Assembly: GCA_965226825.1 (NCBI GenBank)
Contig: CBDDED010000003.1
Location: forward strand, 2,985,240 to 3,049,239
DNA: 64,000 nucleotides
DNA from: Dehalococcoidia bacterium
GTDB lineage: Bacteria; Chloroflexota; Dehalococcoidia; Lucifugimonadales; UBA3495
Reading direction: 5' to 3'
Made by a program: the position numbers and the translations under genes. Below are positions 28,390 through 37,228 of this stretch, in pieces; within the stretch, counting starts at the first letter, position 1, and every line of letters begins with the position of its first letter. The notes beneath the pieces are model-generated. The model was not told the DNA's origin. It was given only the letters and a program-made list of their open reading frames with translations, and searched no databases.

Positions 28390-30123
28390 CTTAGCCCGAA
28401 TCCACCGGTGGACACTGATAGACGGCGTGAGGACAGCGGAAGGGTGGTGAGGGAGTTACAGACGCGATGATCCGGGCTCGAATTCGGGTAGATGAGGGAT
28501 TGGCGGCGGTCTGCAGGCGTTTTTGGGGGCGCCGATGGCGGCCTACAGAGGCTGTGGTGAGCGAGATGGCGGGATAGGACACGGCAAGAGGCGCTCGCGG
28601 GGACCGAGATGGCGCGAGTTGGCGGGGACGTTCAATTGGCCGGATGGCGGGTCAGTGGCAGACGGGCACCATCAGGCTCGGAGTGGAATCGCTCGCAGTC
28701 GGGTCAAGGCGCGACTGACCTTCTCCTCCCATGGCCAACCCTTGGGAAGATGCAGGGTGAGGCGGCGTGCCGAGCGGGTGAGCCGTCCGGCCAGGGCGAA
28801 GACCCGCCGCCTGAGGGTCTTGGTGGTCACGATCTGCTCACCCAGGCCGATGCGGGCCGTCCAGCGGGCCAGGTTATGCGCCATCACCTGAACCGCCAGC
28901 CAGGCGCCGTTGGCGGCGAAGCACCCCGACGGCATGTGGTTCAGCCCGACGCCGTACTTGAGGTCGCGTATGGCGTTCTCGACCTCGGCGTGGCGGCGAT
29001 GATCGGCCTCCAGTTCCAGCATCTCCCCGTCCCGGTCGGTGATGAAGCCGTGATAGCTGTATCTGGCGAAGAGGGCGAGCTGGGAACCGGGCGTCGGCTT
29101 CACCCGCCGGACAATGAGCCGCACCGGTGCGGCGTCCGGCTTGGTCTGGAACGGGGTGTAAGTAGTCTCGGCGACATCGGCGGCGCCGTCCATCCAGTAG
29201 GGAATGGGAGTCCAGTCCTGCTCTGGTATCGCCTCGATCAGGTCCCGCAGGCTTTTGTGCTGGCGGACGGTGATGGAGAAGCGGACATCCATTTCCCGGC
29301 AGGCGGAAACAACAGTGTGGGCGTAGAAGCCGCTGTCGGCCCGCGCCGTGAGTTGTCCGCTGGCTCCGCCGTAGCGCACCCGCCCCACCGTTTCACGCAG
29401 GAAGTGGGCGGCGCCGCGGGCGGTGTTGGCGCGGCCCTCGCGCAGCCGGGACATCAACACGTCGCCGGTGCCGGCGGCGATAGCCAGCAGTGGGTGATAG
29501 CCACGGGCGCCGGTATAGCCGTGGTGGCGTGCCCCCTCCTTGGCCATGCCGTAGGTTTCGCAGATGGTCGAATCCAGGTCGATGGTCAAAGGCGCATCGC
29601 CGGGTCCGGCCCCGGCCTGCCATGCCCGTGCCAGCAACTGGCGGCTCACGCGGTCGAGTTGACGGACGTGGCCCCAGCGAAAGCTGCGCAGGAAGGTCCC
29701 GAGGGTGGATGGCGCCTTGACCACGCAGCCGAGAACACCGACCGTCCCACCGGCACGCAGCGCATCCGCGTCGTCGATGCAGTCGCCGCCCGCCAGCGCG
29801 GAAGCGACCAGTGTCAGTAGCTTGTCCCCCGTGTTGGCCCGCCCCGGCGCGCCGCCGAGGTCGAGGTGACGGTCGACGAGTTCCCGCAGGCCCAGGCGCC
29901 GGGCGAGGGTGGCAGGAAGAAGCAGGCCGGCATTGGCCACCAGGCGGTGGTCATCAAAGACAATGCGGATCCGGTCGGGATTGTTCTGTGGCAGCATCTA
30001 TAGGGTGCTCCTTGTTTCCAGACGGTTTTCTGTTCCAAAACCATTATCCCAGATTCAGAAGAGCACCCTCCGGATTCTTCAAGGTCTGTCCCCAGGGCCG
30101 TCCTTCGGTGGATTCGGGCTAAG
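28390..30123 (-). mobile_element. IS1380-family IS, copy 2 (complete, 1734 bp)
   Basis: Perfect 18-bp terminal inverted repeats: CTTAGCCCGAATCCACCG (28390-28407) and its reverse complement at 30106-30123. No flanking direct repeat is visible. Confidence 0.85.
28672..29997 (-). CDS. IS1380-family DDE transposase (441 aa)
   Basis: Identical to the copy-1 protein except for about 4 N-terminal and about 5 C-terminal residues. Confidence 0.85.
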   Translation of the reverse strand: MLPQNNPDRIRIVFDDHRLVANAGLLLPATLARRLGLRELVDRHLDLGGAPGRANTGDKLLTLVASALAGGDCIDDADALRAGGTVGVLGCVVKAPSTLGTFLRSFRWGHVRQLDRVSRQLLARAWQAGAGPGDAPLTIDLDSTICETYGMAKEGARHHGYTGARGYHPLLAIAAGTGDVLMSRLREGRANTARGAAHFLRETVGRVRYGGASGQLTARADSGFYAHTVVSACREMDVRFSITVRQHKSLRDLIEAIPEQDWTPIPYWMDGAADVAETTYTPFQTKPDAAPVRLIVRRVKPTPGSQLALFARYSYHGFITDRDGEMLELEADHRRHAEVENAIRDLKYGVGLNHMPSGCFAANGAWLAVQVMAHNLARWTARIGLGEQIVTTKTLRRRVFALAGRLTRSARRLTLHLPKGWPWEEKVSRALTRLRAIPLRA

Positions 30124-31652
30124 GAATTCATTCAGCGCCAGCGCTGGATGCTAGTCGCCATCTACACCGACGATGCCCAAACCGGTCGTTCCAGCGATCG
30201 TCCCCGGTTCCTCGACATGATTTCAGACGGCACCCGCAACCGTGAATTTGACATCGTCGTCGTCTGGAAATTGAACAGATTCGCCCGCGACAAATACGAC
30301 AGTATCGTCCTTAAGAACAGGCTATCCAAAGCGAAAATTCAGGTTGTATCCATCAACGAACCCAACGACGGTTCTCCCCAAGGAATGCTCATGGAAGGAA
30401 TCGTCGAATCCATGGATGAGTATTATTCAGCCAGCCTCTCCCAGGATGTCAGACGCGGCACCAGACGTCTCGCCGAGCGCGGCTTCTACGTGAGTAGCAC
30501 AGCCCCCTACGGGTACAGAATCGTAGACGTGATGGACGGCGATAGACGCTGACATAAACTGGACCTGGCCCCCTCACTGCGCCCATTGCCAGGCGGATCT
30601 GGGAGATGGCCCTCGATGGAGTCACCGTCCACAAGATCATGAAAACCCTCAATCATGAAGGAATTCCCGGCCCACAGGGCGGAAGATGGGCCTATGGCAC
30701 ATTACGGAACATGCTGAAACATGAACAATACACAGGGACCATAGTACGCGGCCTCGCGGGCCCCCGCAGAGACGAGCCGGTCCGAACGCCAAACTGCCAT
30801 CCTGCATTCGTTTCTCAGGAGGAGCACGACCGCGTACAGACAATCATCGCCGAAAGAGCGCCTAAACTATCAAACCCCCGAGCAGTACATCCCCGACAAA
30901 CAGGAAGCAAGCACCTATTCTCAGAACTCAGTTGGTGTGAGAACTGCGGTCAAAAAGCGATCCACCAATCGGGCCACGGCGGCAAGTACGTATATGTCTA
31001 CTGCAAAGACTATAGCCAACAGGATCCAAGCGGGTGTACCTGCCCTCACCGCAACGTGAAGCATGTTGAGCCCAAGATCATGGACGCTCTCATGGAAGAC
31101 ATCCTAACTGAGCCCAACATCCAGAATCTCATCGACCGGATAAAGTCGGAGACGGACAAAACCCAATCAGGCCACCAACAAGACACCAATGCTCTCCACC
31201 AACAATTGGAAGAGGTGATCAAGAGACAAAACCGGGTCGAACTCGCCTATGAAACGAGCCGGATGTCCCTGGAAAAATACGTGGAGCGCATGGACGAACT
31301 CAATGAGCAACAGGCCAACCTGGAAGCTTTGAAGGCTGAAGCCCAGGCAAGCGTGGGAGACGAAGCAGCCATTCTGGAAAACCCCGAAACGGTCCTATCC
31401 TACGCAGAGCGGATCCGAGAATCTCTGAAAACCGCCGACCCCAGCGAGTCCAAGCCTCTCATCAAAAAGTTCGTCAAGCGCGTGCTGTTCGGCGGCGAGG
31501 GTCTCACCATTGAGTACAAGCTCCCACTACCCGAGGGAGGCCCATTCAGCGGATTGAGACGCCGACGCCTTGACCTGGGGAAGAAAGTTCCGTCTATCGA
31601 TAACGCCTCCCAGCAGCGTCAGCATAATCAAAGGGTTAATCTCGCGGGATAA
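30124..31652 (+). pseudogene. large serine recombinase gene: 5'-truncated by IS1380, plus in-frame TGA and frameshift
   Basis: Starts mid-domain (..LVAIYTDDAQTGRSSDRPRFLDMI..DIVVVWKLNRFARD..) without the catalytic-Ser region. PYGY.., stop at 30550 and frame change near 30570. Then the recombinase domain, Cys-rich zinc ribbon (WCENCG..CKDY..CTCPH) and coiled coil. Confidence 0.8.
31605..31616. repeat. attR-like core, GCCTCCCAGCAG
   Basis: Identical to 20100-20111. It lies inside the last codons of the recombinase ORF. Confidence 0.75.
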
Positions 31653-31716
31653 AGTCTTGCGGATCAATCTTCTTACCTTGGATGAAATCAAAGAGCGACT
31701 GGCGGCCTCCCAGTGA
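31617..31716 (+). pseudogene. DUF167/YggU-family gene, 3' part
   Basis: In the phase set by the 5' part it reads ..SVSIIKGLISRDKVLRINLLTLDEIKERLAASQ*. This matches the V.I..G..SR.K...I C-terminal pattern of YggU proteins. Confidence 0.75.
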
Positions 31717-31871
31717 GTCCCTGTCACTCCCGCCCAACCTGACCCCGTGGGCCGCCCCTTTTTGTGAGCGCCGTCAGGCCGTTATAATTGCCCTCAGAGG
31801 CCCGCATTAGATTAGGTCCTCTGGATTCCCCTCGCGGCGGTCTAACACTGCCGGGACAAGGAGCGTGACTC

Positions 31872-32363
31872 TTGCCCTACATGGATTTTGAGTGGATCCT
31901 TGAAGGCGCATTGGCGGCCGCTCGGGGGCCCACCTCCTCAAGAGACCTGACCTTCCTCAAACTCCAAGAGGTCAAGGCCATCATTCGCATGGAACCCGGG
32001 ACCATCTCGGGTGAATCCCATGACCTGGCGGACCTGTTTGAGCCGGTGGAGGACGGCCAGCCTCCGACCATGGAGCAGATCAGCCGGATGACCCGGTTTA
32101 TCGAAGCTGAAGTCGAAACCTGGGAGCATCCGGTGGCCGTAACCTGCCATGCCGGTTTGGGAAGGACGGGCACGGTGCTGGCCTGTTACATGGTCTACGT
32201 GGGCTACCAGCCCGACGCAGCCATCGATTACATCCGCCAGCGGCGGCCGGGGGCTATCGAAACCGCCTCCCAGGAGGCCGCGGTTCACGAGTACTACGCT
32301 CTGCTGAAAGATGAGGAACGGGAGCGGCGGCGCAAAGCGCTTGGAGCCCTGGGAGACCTTTAA
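31872..32363 (+). CDS. dual-specificity/tyrosine protein phosphatase (CX5R)
   Basis: Active-site motif VTCHAGLGRTG (HCxxGxxRT-type). Confidence 0.8.
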   Translation: MPYMDFEWILEGALAAARGPTSSRDLTFLKLQEVKAIIRMEPGTISGESHDLADLFEPVEDGQPPTMEQISRMTRFIEAEVETWEHPVAVTCHAGLGRTGTVLACYMVYVGYQPDAAIDYIRQRRPGAIETASQEAAVHEYYALLKDEERERRRKALGALGDL

Positions 32364-32421
32364 TTCCGCCCCGGGACCGGGACGCGGCGACACTCATCCA
32401 TTGGTCAGGAGATAACTGCCG

Positions 32422-32832
32422 GTGCAAATTCAACAGCGGTTCGTGGACGAAATGATAGCGCATTCCCGGGAATCCATGCCCAACGAATGTTGCGGGATTC
32501 TGGCGGGAGCCGGGGAGGCCGTGGAAAAGTCGTACCGGATGACGAATGTGGAAGCCAGCCCGTTCCGCTTCTCCATGGACCCTCTGGAAATCATGAAGGT
32601 GGATGAGGAAGCCGGAGAAATGAGTTGGGAACTCCTGGCCATTTACCATTCCCACACCCACAGTGAAGCGTATCCGTCGGACACCGACGTAAGAATCGCC
32701 GGCGGCACCAACGAGCTTTGGCCGGAGGTCCGCTATATCCTCGTTTCCCTCATGGACCTCGCCGACCCCAAGGTCCGCCTGTTCCGCATCAACCAACATG
32801 TAATCACCGAAGAAACGCTGCAGGTTGTCTGA
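32422..32832 (+). CDS. JAMM/MPN+ metalloprotease (Mov34 family)
   Basis: ..ECCGILAG.. and the JAMM motif HSHTHSEAYPSDTD (HxHx7Sx2D). Confidence 0.85.
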   Translation: MQIQQRFVDEMIAHSRESMPNECCGILAGAGEAVEKSYRMTNVEASPFRFSMDPLEIMKVDEEAGEMSWELLAIYHSHTHSEAYPSDTDVRIAGGTNELWPEVRYILVSLMDLADPKVRLFRINQHVITEETLQVV

Positions 32833-32926
32833 GAGGGCGGTTCCCAACTAGGCAATCGCATTTCAGACCGCTGGCGCGGCCTCCGAATAGCACCACACCA
32901 CGGCCGGGAAAAGGTCAGATGAAGAC

Positions 32927-33165
32927 GGGGGGTGGGGCTGATTTGCGGGCGTCGGATGGCTCGTCGGCGGTTCCATGACCGTATTGGTGCACAGCGGGGG
33001 CTCTGGATTCCCGTTGCGACGAGAATGACGGGGGTGGGGCCGCATTGCAGGCGTCGGACGGCTCGTCGGCGGCGCCATAACCATGTTGGCGCACAGCGAA
33101 GGCTCTGGATTCCCGTTGCGCGGAGAATGACGGGGGAACCGGGTTGGGGGCGTCGGACGGGCGCG
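32927..33165. repeat. Tandem ~104-bp REP-containing units (2 full + partial)
   Basis: Units ending in GGCTCTGGATTCCCGTTGCG(A/C)(C/G)GAGAATGACGGGGG. The spacer part resembles the units of the 54.4-55.0 kb array. Confidence 0.8.
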
Positions 33166-33179
33166 GTAGGATCCCCCGG

Positions 33180-34229
33180 TTATTGCGCCCCCATGGCGAC
33201 CACGACCCCGGCGCCGGCTACCCAAGCGGCGCACATCAGGACCAAACCGGTGACCGCGGCCCAGCCGGGCAGGCGATCTCTGCCCAGGATCAGTAGCAAT
33301 CCCGCCAGAATTAGCGCGACGGCAAGTCCTCCGGCCACAAAGTGGGCCGGTCCGGCCTGGTTGACCAAAATGCCGCCCCGGTAGAATGGGTCGGCATAGG
33401 CCAGGATGGATGCGTTGAACACGGCGCTGCCGAAAAGCCCCGCGACGCCCAGGTCAGCGGCTCCCATACGCGCCGCGGCGACGGCGGCCGAGAGTTCGGG
33501 CAGGGTGGTTATGACCGAGACCGCGAGAATTCCCAGTGTACTTGACGCCACGCCGGTTATGTCGGCGATGCGGTCGGTGCTCCACGCCAGGAATATGCCC
33601 GCTGCGATCACCCCGCAGGAGACCAGGAAAAACATCAACCAGGCCCGGCCCAGTGTCATCGAGGGCTCGCTTTCCGGCCCGGCTCCGCCGTCCCCCGAGG
33701 CGACAGCTCCATCCCCCGAGGCTACCACAGCCTGGGGACGTTTCTGGTAAACCACCCACATTCCTACTACATACACCACCAGCAGCAACACGGAAGAAAG
33801 GCCCACTTTCCAGTAGCCGACGTCCAGCTTCAACGCTCCAAACACCACGGCCAACCCGGTCATCGCCGCCGCCAGCACGATCAAATAACCTTGCTCCGGC
33901 GCAATTTGTCTCAGGAAACGCTGCCCACCGAACAGCAAGGCGACCATCGCAAAGATGAACAGGTCCAGCATATTGGCGCCCAGCACGTTGCCGACGGCCA
34001 GGTCCGGATTTGGCGGGTTCAGCCGGACGGCGGATATGTTGATGGAGAGTTCGGGGAGAGAGGTGGCCAGGGCGACCAGAATGCTGCCGACGAAGAGCCG
34101 CCCCAATCCGGTGAGGTCTGCCAACGCGTCGCCGTACTTGGAAAGGCCGGCGCCCAAGACCCAAACCGCGGCGGCGCTGGCAAGAAAGACGAACACCGCA
34201 ATGGCCAACTCACCACTCATGCTGGGCAA
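33180..34229 (-). CDS. Ca2+/Na+ (CaCA family) antiporter, intact
   Basis: 349 aa, multi-TM, with two alpha-repeat motifs: ..GNVLGANMLDLF.. and ..GSAVFNASIL.. Confidence 0.85.
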   Translation of the reverse strand: MPSMSGELAIAVFVFLASAAAVWVLGAGLSKYGDALADLTGLGRLFVGSILVALATSLPELSINISAVRLNPPNPDLAVGNVLGANMLDLFIFAMVALLFGGQRFLRQIAPEQGYLIVLAAAMTGLAVVFGALKLDVGYWKVGLSSVLLLVVYVVGMWVVYQKRPQAVVASGDGAVASGDGGAGPESEPSMTLGRAWLMFFLVSCGVIAAGIFLAWSTDRIADITGVASSTLGILAVSVITTLPELSAAVAAARMGAADLGVAGLFGSAVFNASILAYADPFYRGGILVNQAGPAHFVAGGLAVALILAGLLLILGRDRLPGWAAVTGLVLMCAAWVAGAGVVVAMGAQ

Positions 34230-34419
34230 CTCCTCCGGCAGCGCAGGATTTTGCTTTCGACAACGTCAAAGGTAATGCTTGGGAGAAAATCCGGGCGACA
34301 CTCAGGCGGGTTGGTCACCCTTGGACCGGCCATTGAACCGACCATCGAACGAACAGGGGGGCCAACCAGGCCGGAAGTGGAGCGCCGGGCCGGTAAGGCA
34401 ACCCGAAATTGGGAGGGGA

Positions 34420-35517
34420 TTACCCACCGGACCTCAAGGCCGAAATAACCAGGTCGGCCATCTCGGAGGTGCTGGCCGCGGCCTCGCCGGCGGCGATGTC
34501 CCTGGTCCGGGCTCCCTCGCCCAGCGTTTGGTCCACCGCCCGCTCAACCCAGGCGGCCTCTTCGGTAAGTCCCAGGGAGTACCGCAGCATCATGGCGACG
34601 CTGAGGATGGACCCAATGGGGTTGGCGATGCCCTGTCCGGCAATGTCGGGAGCGGTGCCGTGGATTGGCTCGTAGAACCCGGGAGTCCGCTCGCCGCTCA
34701 CGGGGACGCCGGAAAGGCTGGCCGAGGGCAGCAGTCCCATAGACGACGCCAGCACTGACGCTTCATCGGTCAGAATGTCGCCAAACATGTTGCCGGCGAC
34801 TATCACGTCAAACTTGCCGGGCTGTTGAATCAGCTGCATGGCGCAGGAATCAACCAGGATGTGCTCCAGTTCCACGTCGGGGTACTCGGGCGCCATCTGG
34901 GTAGCGATCTGACGCCACAACCGCGAGCACTCCAATACGTTGGCCTTGTCCACCGAGGCCAGCTTTCGCCGCCGGACCATGGCTAACTCAAAGCCGACCC
35001 GGAGGATTCGCGCAATTTCCCCTTCGCCGTAGCGCATGGTGTCCACTGCCGACCAACCCTGCGGCGTCTTGGTCCGCTGCTTGGGCAGGGCGTAATAGAG
35101 GCCGCCGGTGAGTTCACGGACCACCACCAGATCCACGCCTTCCAGGACTGAGGGTTTGAGCGCGCTGGAGTCGGCCAACCAGGGATAGACCTTAACCGGC
35201 CGGATGTTGGCGAAAACGCCCAGGTGGCTCCTCAACTGGAGTATTGCGTCTTCAGGGCGCACGGAGGCTGCGGGATCATCCCACTTGGGACCGCCGACGG
35301 CTCCAAACAGCACCGCGTCCGCTCCGGCGGCCAGGTCTGCCACCTCCGGTTGGAGGGCAATCCCGTGTTGGTCGATGGACACGCCGCCCACGTCACCGTA
35401 GGCGAGGTTGAACCGGTGCCCCGACAATGTCTCAAGTTCTTGAAGGACCCGCACCGCCTGGCTGGTGACCTCGGGACCGATGCCATCTCCACCCAACACG
35501 GCTATCTGAAATTCCAC
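34420..35517 (-). CDS. leuB: 3-isopropylmalate dehydrogenase
   Basis: MEFQIAVLGGDGIGPEV.. and ..NMFGDILTDEASVLASSMGLLPSASL.. Confidence 0.92.
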   Translation of the reverse strand: MEFQIAVLGGDGIGPEVTSQAVRVLQELETLSGHRFNLAYGDVGGVSIDQHGIALQPEVADLAAGADAVLFGAVGGPKWDDPAASVRPEDAILQLRSHLGVFANIRPVKVYPWLADSSALKPSVLEGVDLVVVRELTGGLYYALPKQRTKTPQGWSAVDTMRYGEGEIARILRVGFELAMVRRRKLASVDKANVLECSRLWRQIATQMAPEYPDVELEHILVDSCAMQLIQQPGKFDVIVAGNMFGDILTDEASVLASSMGLLPSASLSGVPVSGERTPGFYEPIHGTAPDIAGQGIANPIGSILSVAMMLRYSLGLTEEAAWVERAVDQTLGEGARTRDIAAGEAAASTSEMADLVISALRSGG

Positions 35518-35661
35518 GCTATTTCACCCTGAAAACCTGCTTCTTGCCTTTGATTCTCCACGAGGCTCGCCGGAGCAAACCGGGCCTCAGTATACAAACA
35601 AACCGCCAGGGCAATCAAACGAGGGGCGCAAGGGGTAACTGTTCGGGTTTGGGGCCGGGGG

Positions 35662-35704
35662 CCCGCTTTTGGAAAAGCTGCGCAAAACTTTTTTCGTTGG
35701 GCGT
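35662..35704. repeat. ~43-bp intergenic direct repeat, copy 1
   Basis: CCCGCTTTTGGAAAAGCTGCGCAAAACTTTTTTCGTTGGGCGT; a near-identical copy is at 37229-37269. Confidence 0.7.
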
Positions 35705-35765
35705 GGGGGGATGACCGCGGTGCCCCGGGGTTGGGGCGTCACGGTACTATCACAGTCATATACGG

Positions 35766-36992
35766 TCAAATTGGGATGGTGCCCCAGCTATAGCCTTCGA
35801 CCGTGCCGCCATAGGCCCGGGCCCGGCGTCCTTCCTTGATGAGTTCGACCCAGTAGGGTAACTCCGTTGAATCCGGCGGGTCGACCCCCAAGTCCGGCGG
35901 GGACCGGTCCTCCGGGTACTCATCCTCCCCGGCCCGGCCCGATGAGACGTACAGATGCCGGGATGCTATGGGGAGCGCGGGGCCGTCTTTGGGTCCGGGC
36001 CGGAGCGCCGGATAGTCTTCGCCAGCCAGGGCGGCTTGCTTCCGGTGGTATTGGGCGGCGGCCCAGGCGGCTATCCTGGCGGCCTGCTCGGTGCCGAATT
36101 TCCTGAGCAGAGCTTTGTAGCCGTAGATGTTTTCGGGTTGGGGGCAGTCGTCGGGGAACTTGATCAGGTGGTCGCAGCCGTTGTGGTCCTGGCCGGTAGC
36201 CTTGGCAAGCTGCCGGGCATCATAGCGGAAGTCGTAGAGCGTCTTGTGGACTGCGCTGGCTGCCTCCTTACCACCGGAGATATGCTCCAGGGCGGCAGAG
36301 CCTTGGGTGTCGAAGTGGTATTCCTCGTCATCATAGGACCGGAAGTCAAAGGGGCCGTACTCCGTTTCGTAGCGGCTATAGCCAGCGGGGTAGCCGGCAT
36401 AGCGGCCCTTCAGGATGTGGGTCCAGGAGCGGGGCGCCGGGGGGCGTTTTTCAGCCGGGGCGGACTGCTCCGGGTCGGATTCCTGGGTGGCCGGGTTGCC
36501 GGTGTCGGGAGGGGTCGCGGTGTCGAAGCCGCGGCGCAGGAGTTCTTTAGCTGCTGACAGGCGGTGGTGGGGTTTGAAGTCGGGGATTGTGCCCTGCATG
36601 ACGTCGATCAGGAAGCGGACTGTGGTGCGGCCGTTGTCGGTCTCTTCACGGATCAGGGCCGCTAGTTCCTGGTGGAGGGGAGCGGTTTCAACGCCGAGGA
36701 CGCCGAGGGCGCGGGGGTTTTTTCGTGTTTGGGCGGCGGGGCTATTTTCGTTGATGAAGGATTGGGCCGTGTGGAAACCGAGGGTAAGGAGTTGACGGGC
36801 GGCGTCGAGACGGTGGCAGGGCTTGGAATGTTCGAGGAGGCCCTGCATGACTTCGATGAGGAAGCGGACTATTAGGCGGCCGTCGTCGGTCTCCTCGCGG
36901 ACTATGTCGGCGAGGGAGGGCGTGGTGGCTTCCGGGTTGTCGGCCTGGTTTTCTGTGTTAGAGAACATTGGTTCGATGATAGGGAGATGCAT
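35766..36992 (-). CDS. hypothetical protein (408 aa) with internally duplicated N-terminal module
   Basis: Two ~95-aa repeats (..IVREETDDGRLIVRFLIEVMQG..HRLDAARQLL..GF.. and ..LIREETDNGRTTVRFLIDVMQG..HRLSAAKELL..GF..), followed by a unique Tyr/Asp-rich C-terminal half. Confidence 0.6.
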   Translation of the reverse strand: MHLPIIEPMFSNTENQADNPEATTPSLADIVREETDDGRLIVRFLIEVMQGLLEHSKPCHRLDAARQLLTLGFHTAQSFINENSPAAQTRKNPRALGVLGVETAPLHQELAALIREETDNGRTTVRFLIDVMQGTIPDFKPHHRLSAAKELLRRGFDTATPPDTGNPATQESDPEQSAPAEKRPPAPRSWTHILKGRYAGYPAGYSRYETEYGPFDFRSYDDEEYHFDTQGSAALEHISGGKEAASAVHKTLYDFRYDARQLAKATGQDHNGCDHLIKFPDDCPQPENIYGYKALLRKFGTEQAARIAAWAAAQYHRKQAALAGEDYPALRPGPKDGPALPIASRHLYVSSGRAGEDEYPEDRSPPDLGVDPPDSTELPYWVELIKEGRRARAYGGTVEGYSWGTIPI

Positions 36993-37087
36993 TCGGGGGT
37001 GTCAAGGGGTGGGTGACGTGAATGAGTGGGTTGACGGAGTGGGTGCGGGGAATGGCAGGGAAGGGCGTCCAAACCATGTCCGAAGAC

Positions 37088-37185
37088 GGAAAGGGTCTCT
37101 GGATCCCCGCTGCGGCGAGGATGACGGGGGGTGGGGATGAAAGGGTCTCTGGATCCCCGCTGCGGCGAGGATGACGGGGGGGTTG
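37088..37185. repeat. Two tandem REP units (variant GGGTCTCTGGATCCCCGCTGCGGCGAGGATGACGGGG)
   Basis: Directly visible, with a period of ~54 bp. Confidence 0.8.
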
Positions 37186-37228
37186 GTGGGGTGGGTTCCA
37201 GTTACGACGGGCAGGGCGGGGGTGGCGA

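Larger units (their letters stand above)
20112..31616. mobile_element. Integrated element (11,505 bp), degraded, with a large serine recombinase gene at its right end
   Basis: It is bounded by 12-bp direct repeats. Joining 20111 to 31617 restores a 108-codon YggU ORF. The interior has lower-GC segments, a methyltransferase fragment, an IstB fragment, 2 IS1380 copies and a phosphonate operon. Confidence 0.75.

Noticed and set aside
21481-30123. Calling the IS1380-cargo-IS1380 interval a functional composite transposon
   Set aside because: The outer terminus of copy 1 is missing and no target duplications flank the unit. I report it only as IS-bracketed cargo with a possible one-ended (ISEcp1-like) history.
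35662-35704. Sigma-54 promoter (TTGGAAAA..CTGCGCA) in the 43-bp repeat
   Set aside because: The GG-to-GC spacing is 8-10 nt instead of the required 11 nt in the TGGCAC-N5-TTGC frame in both copies.
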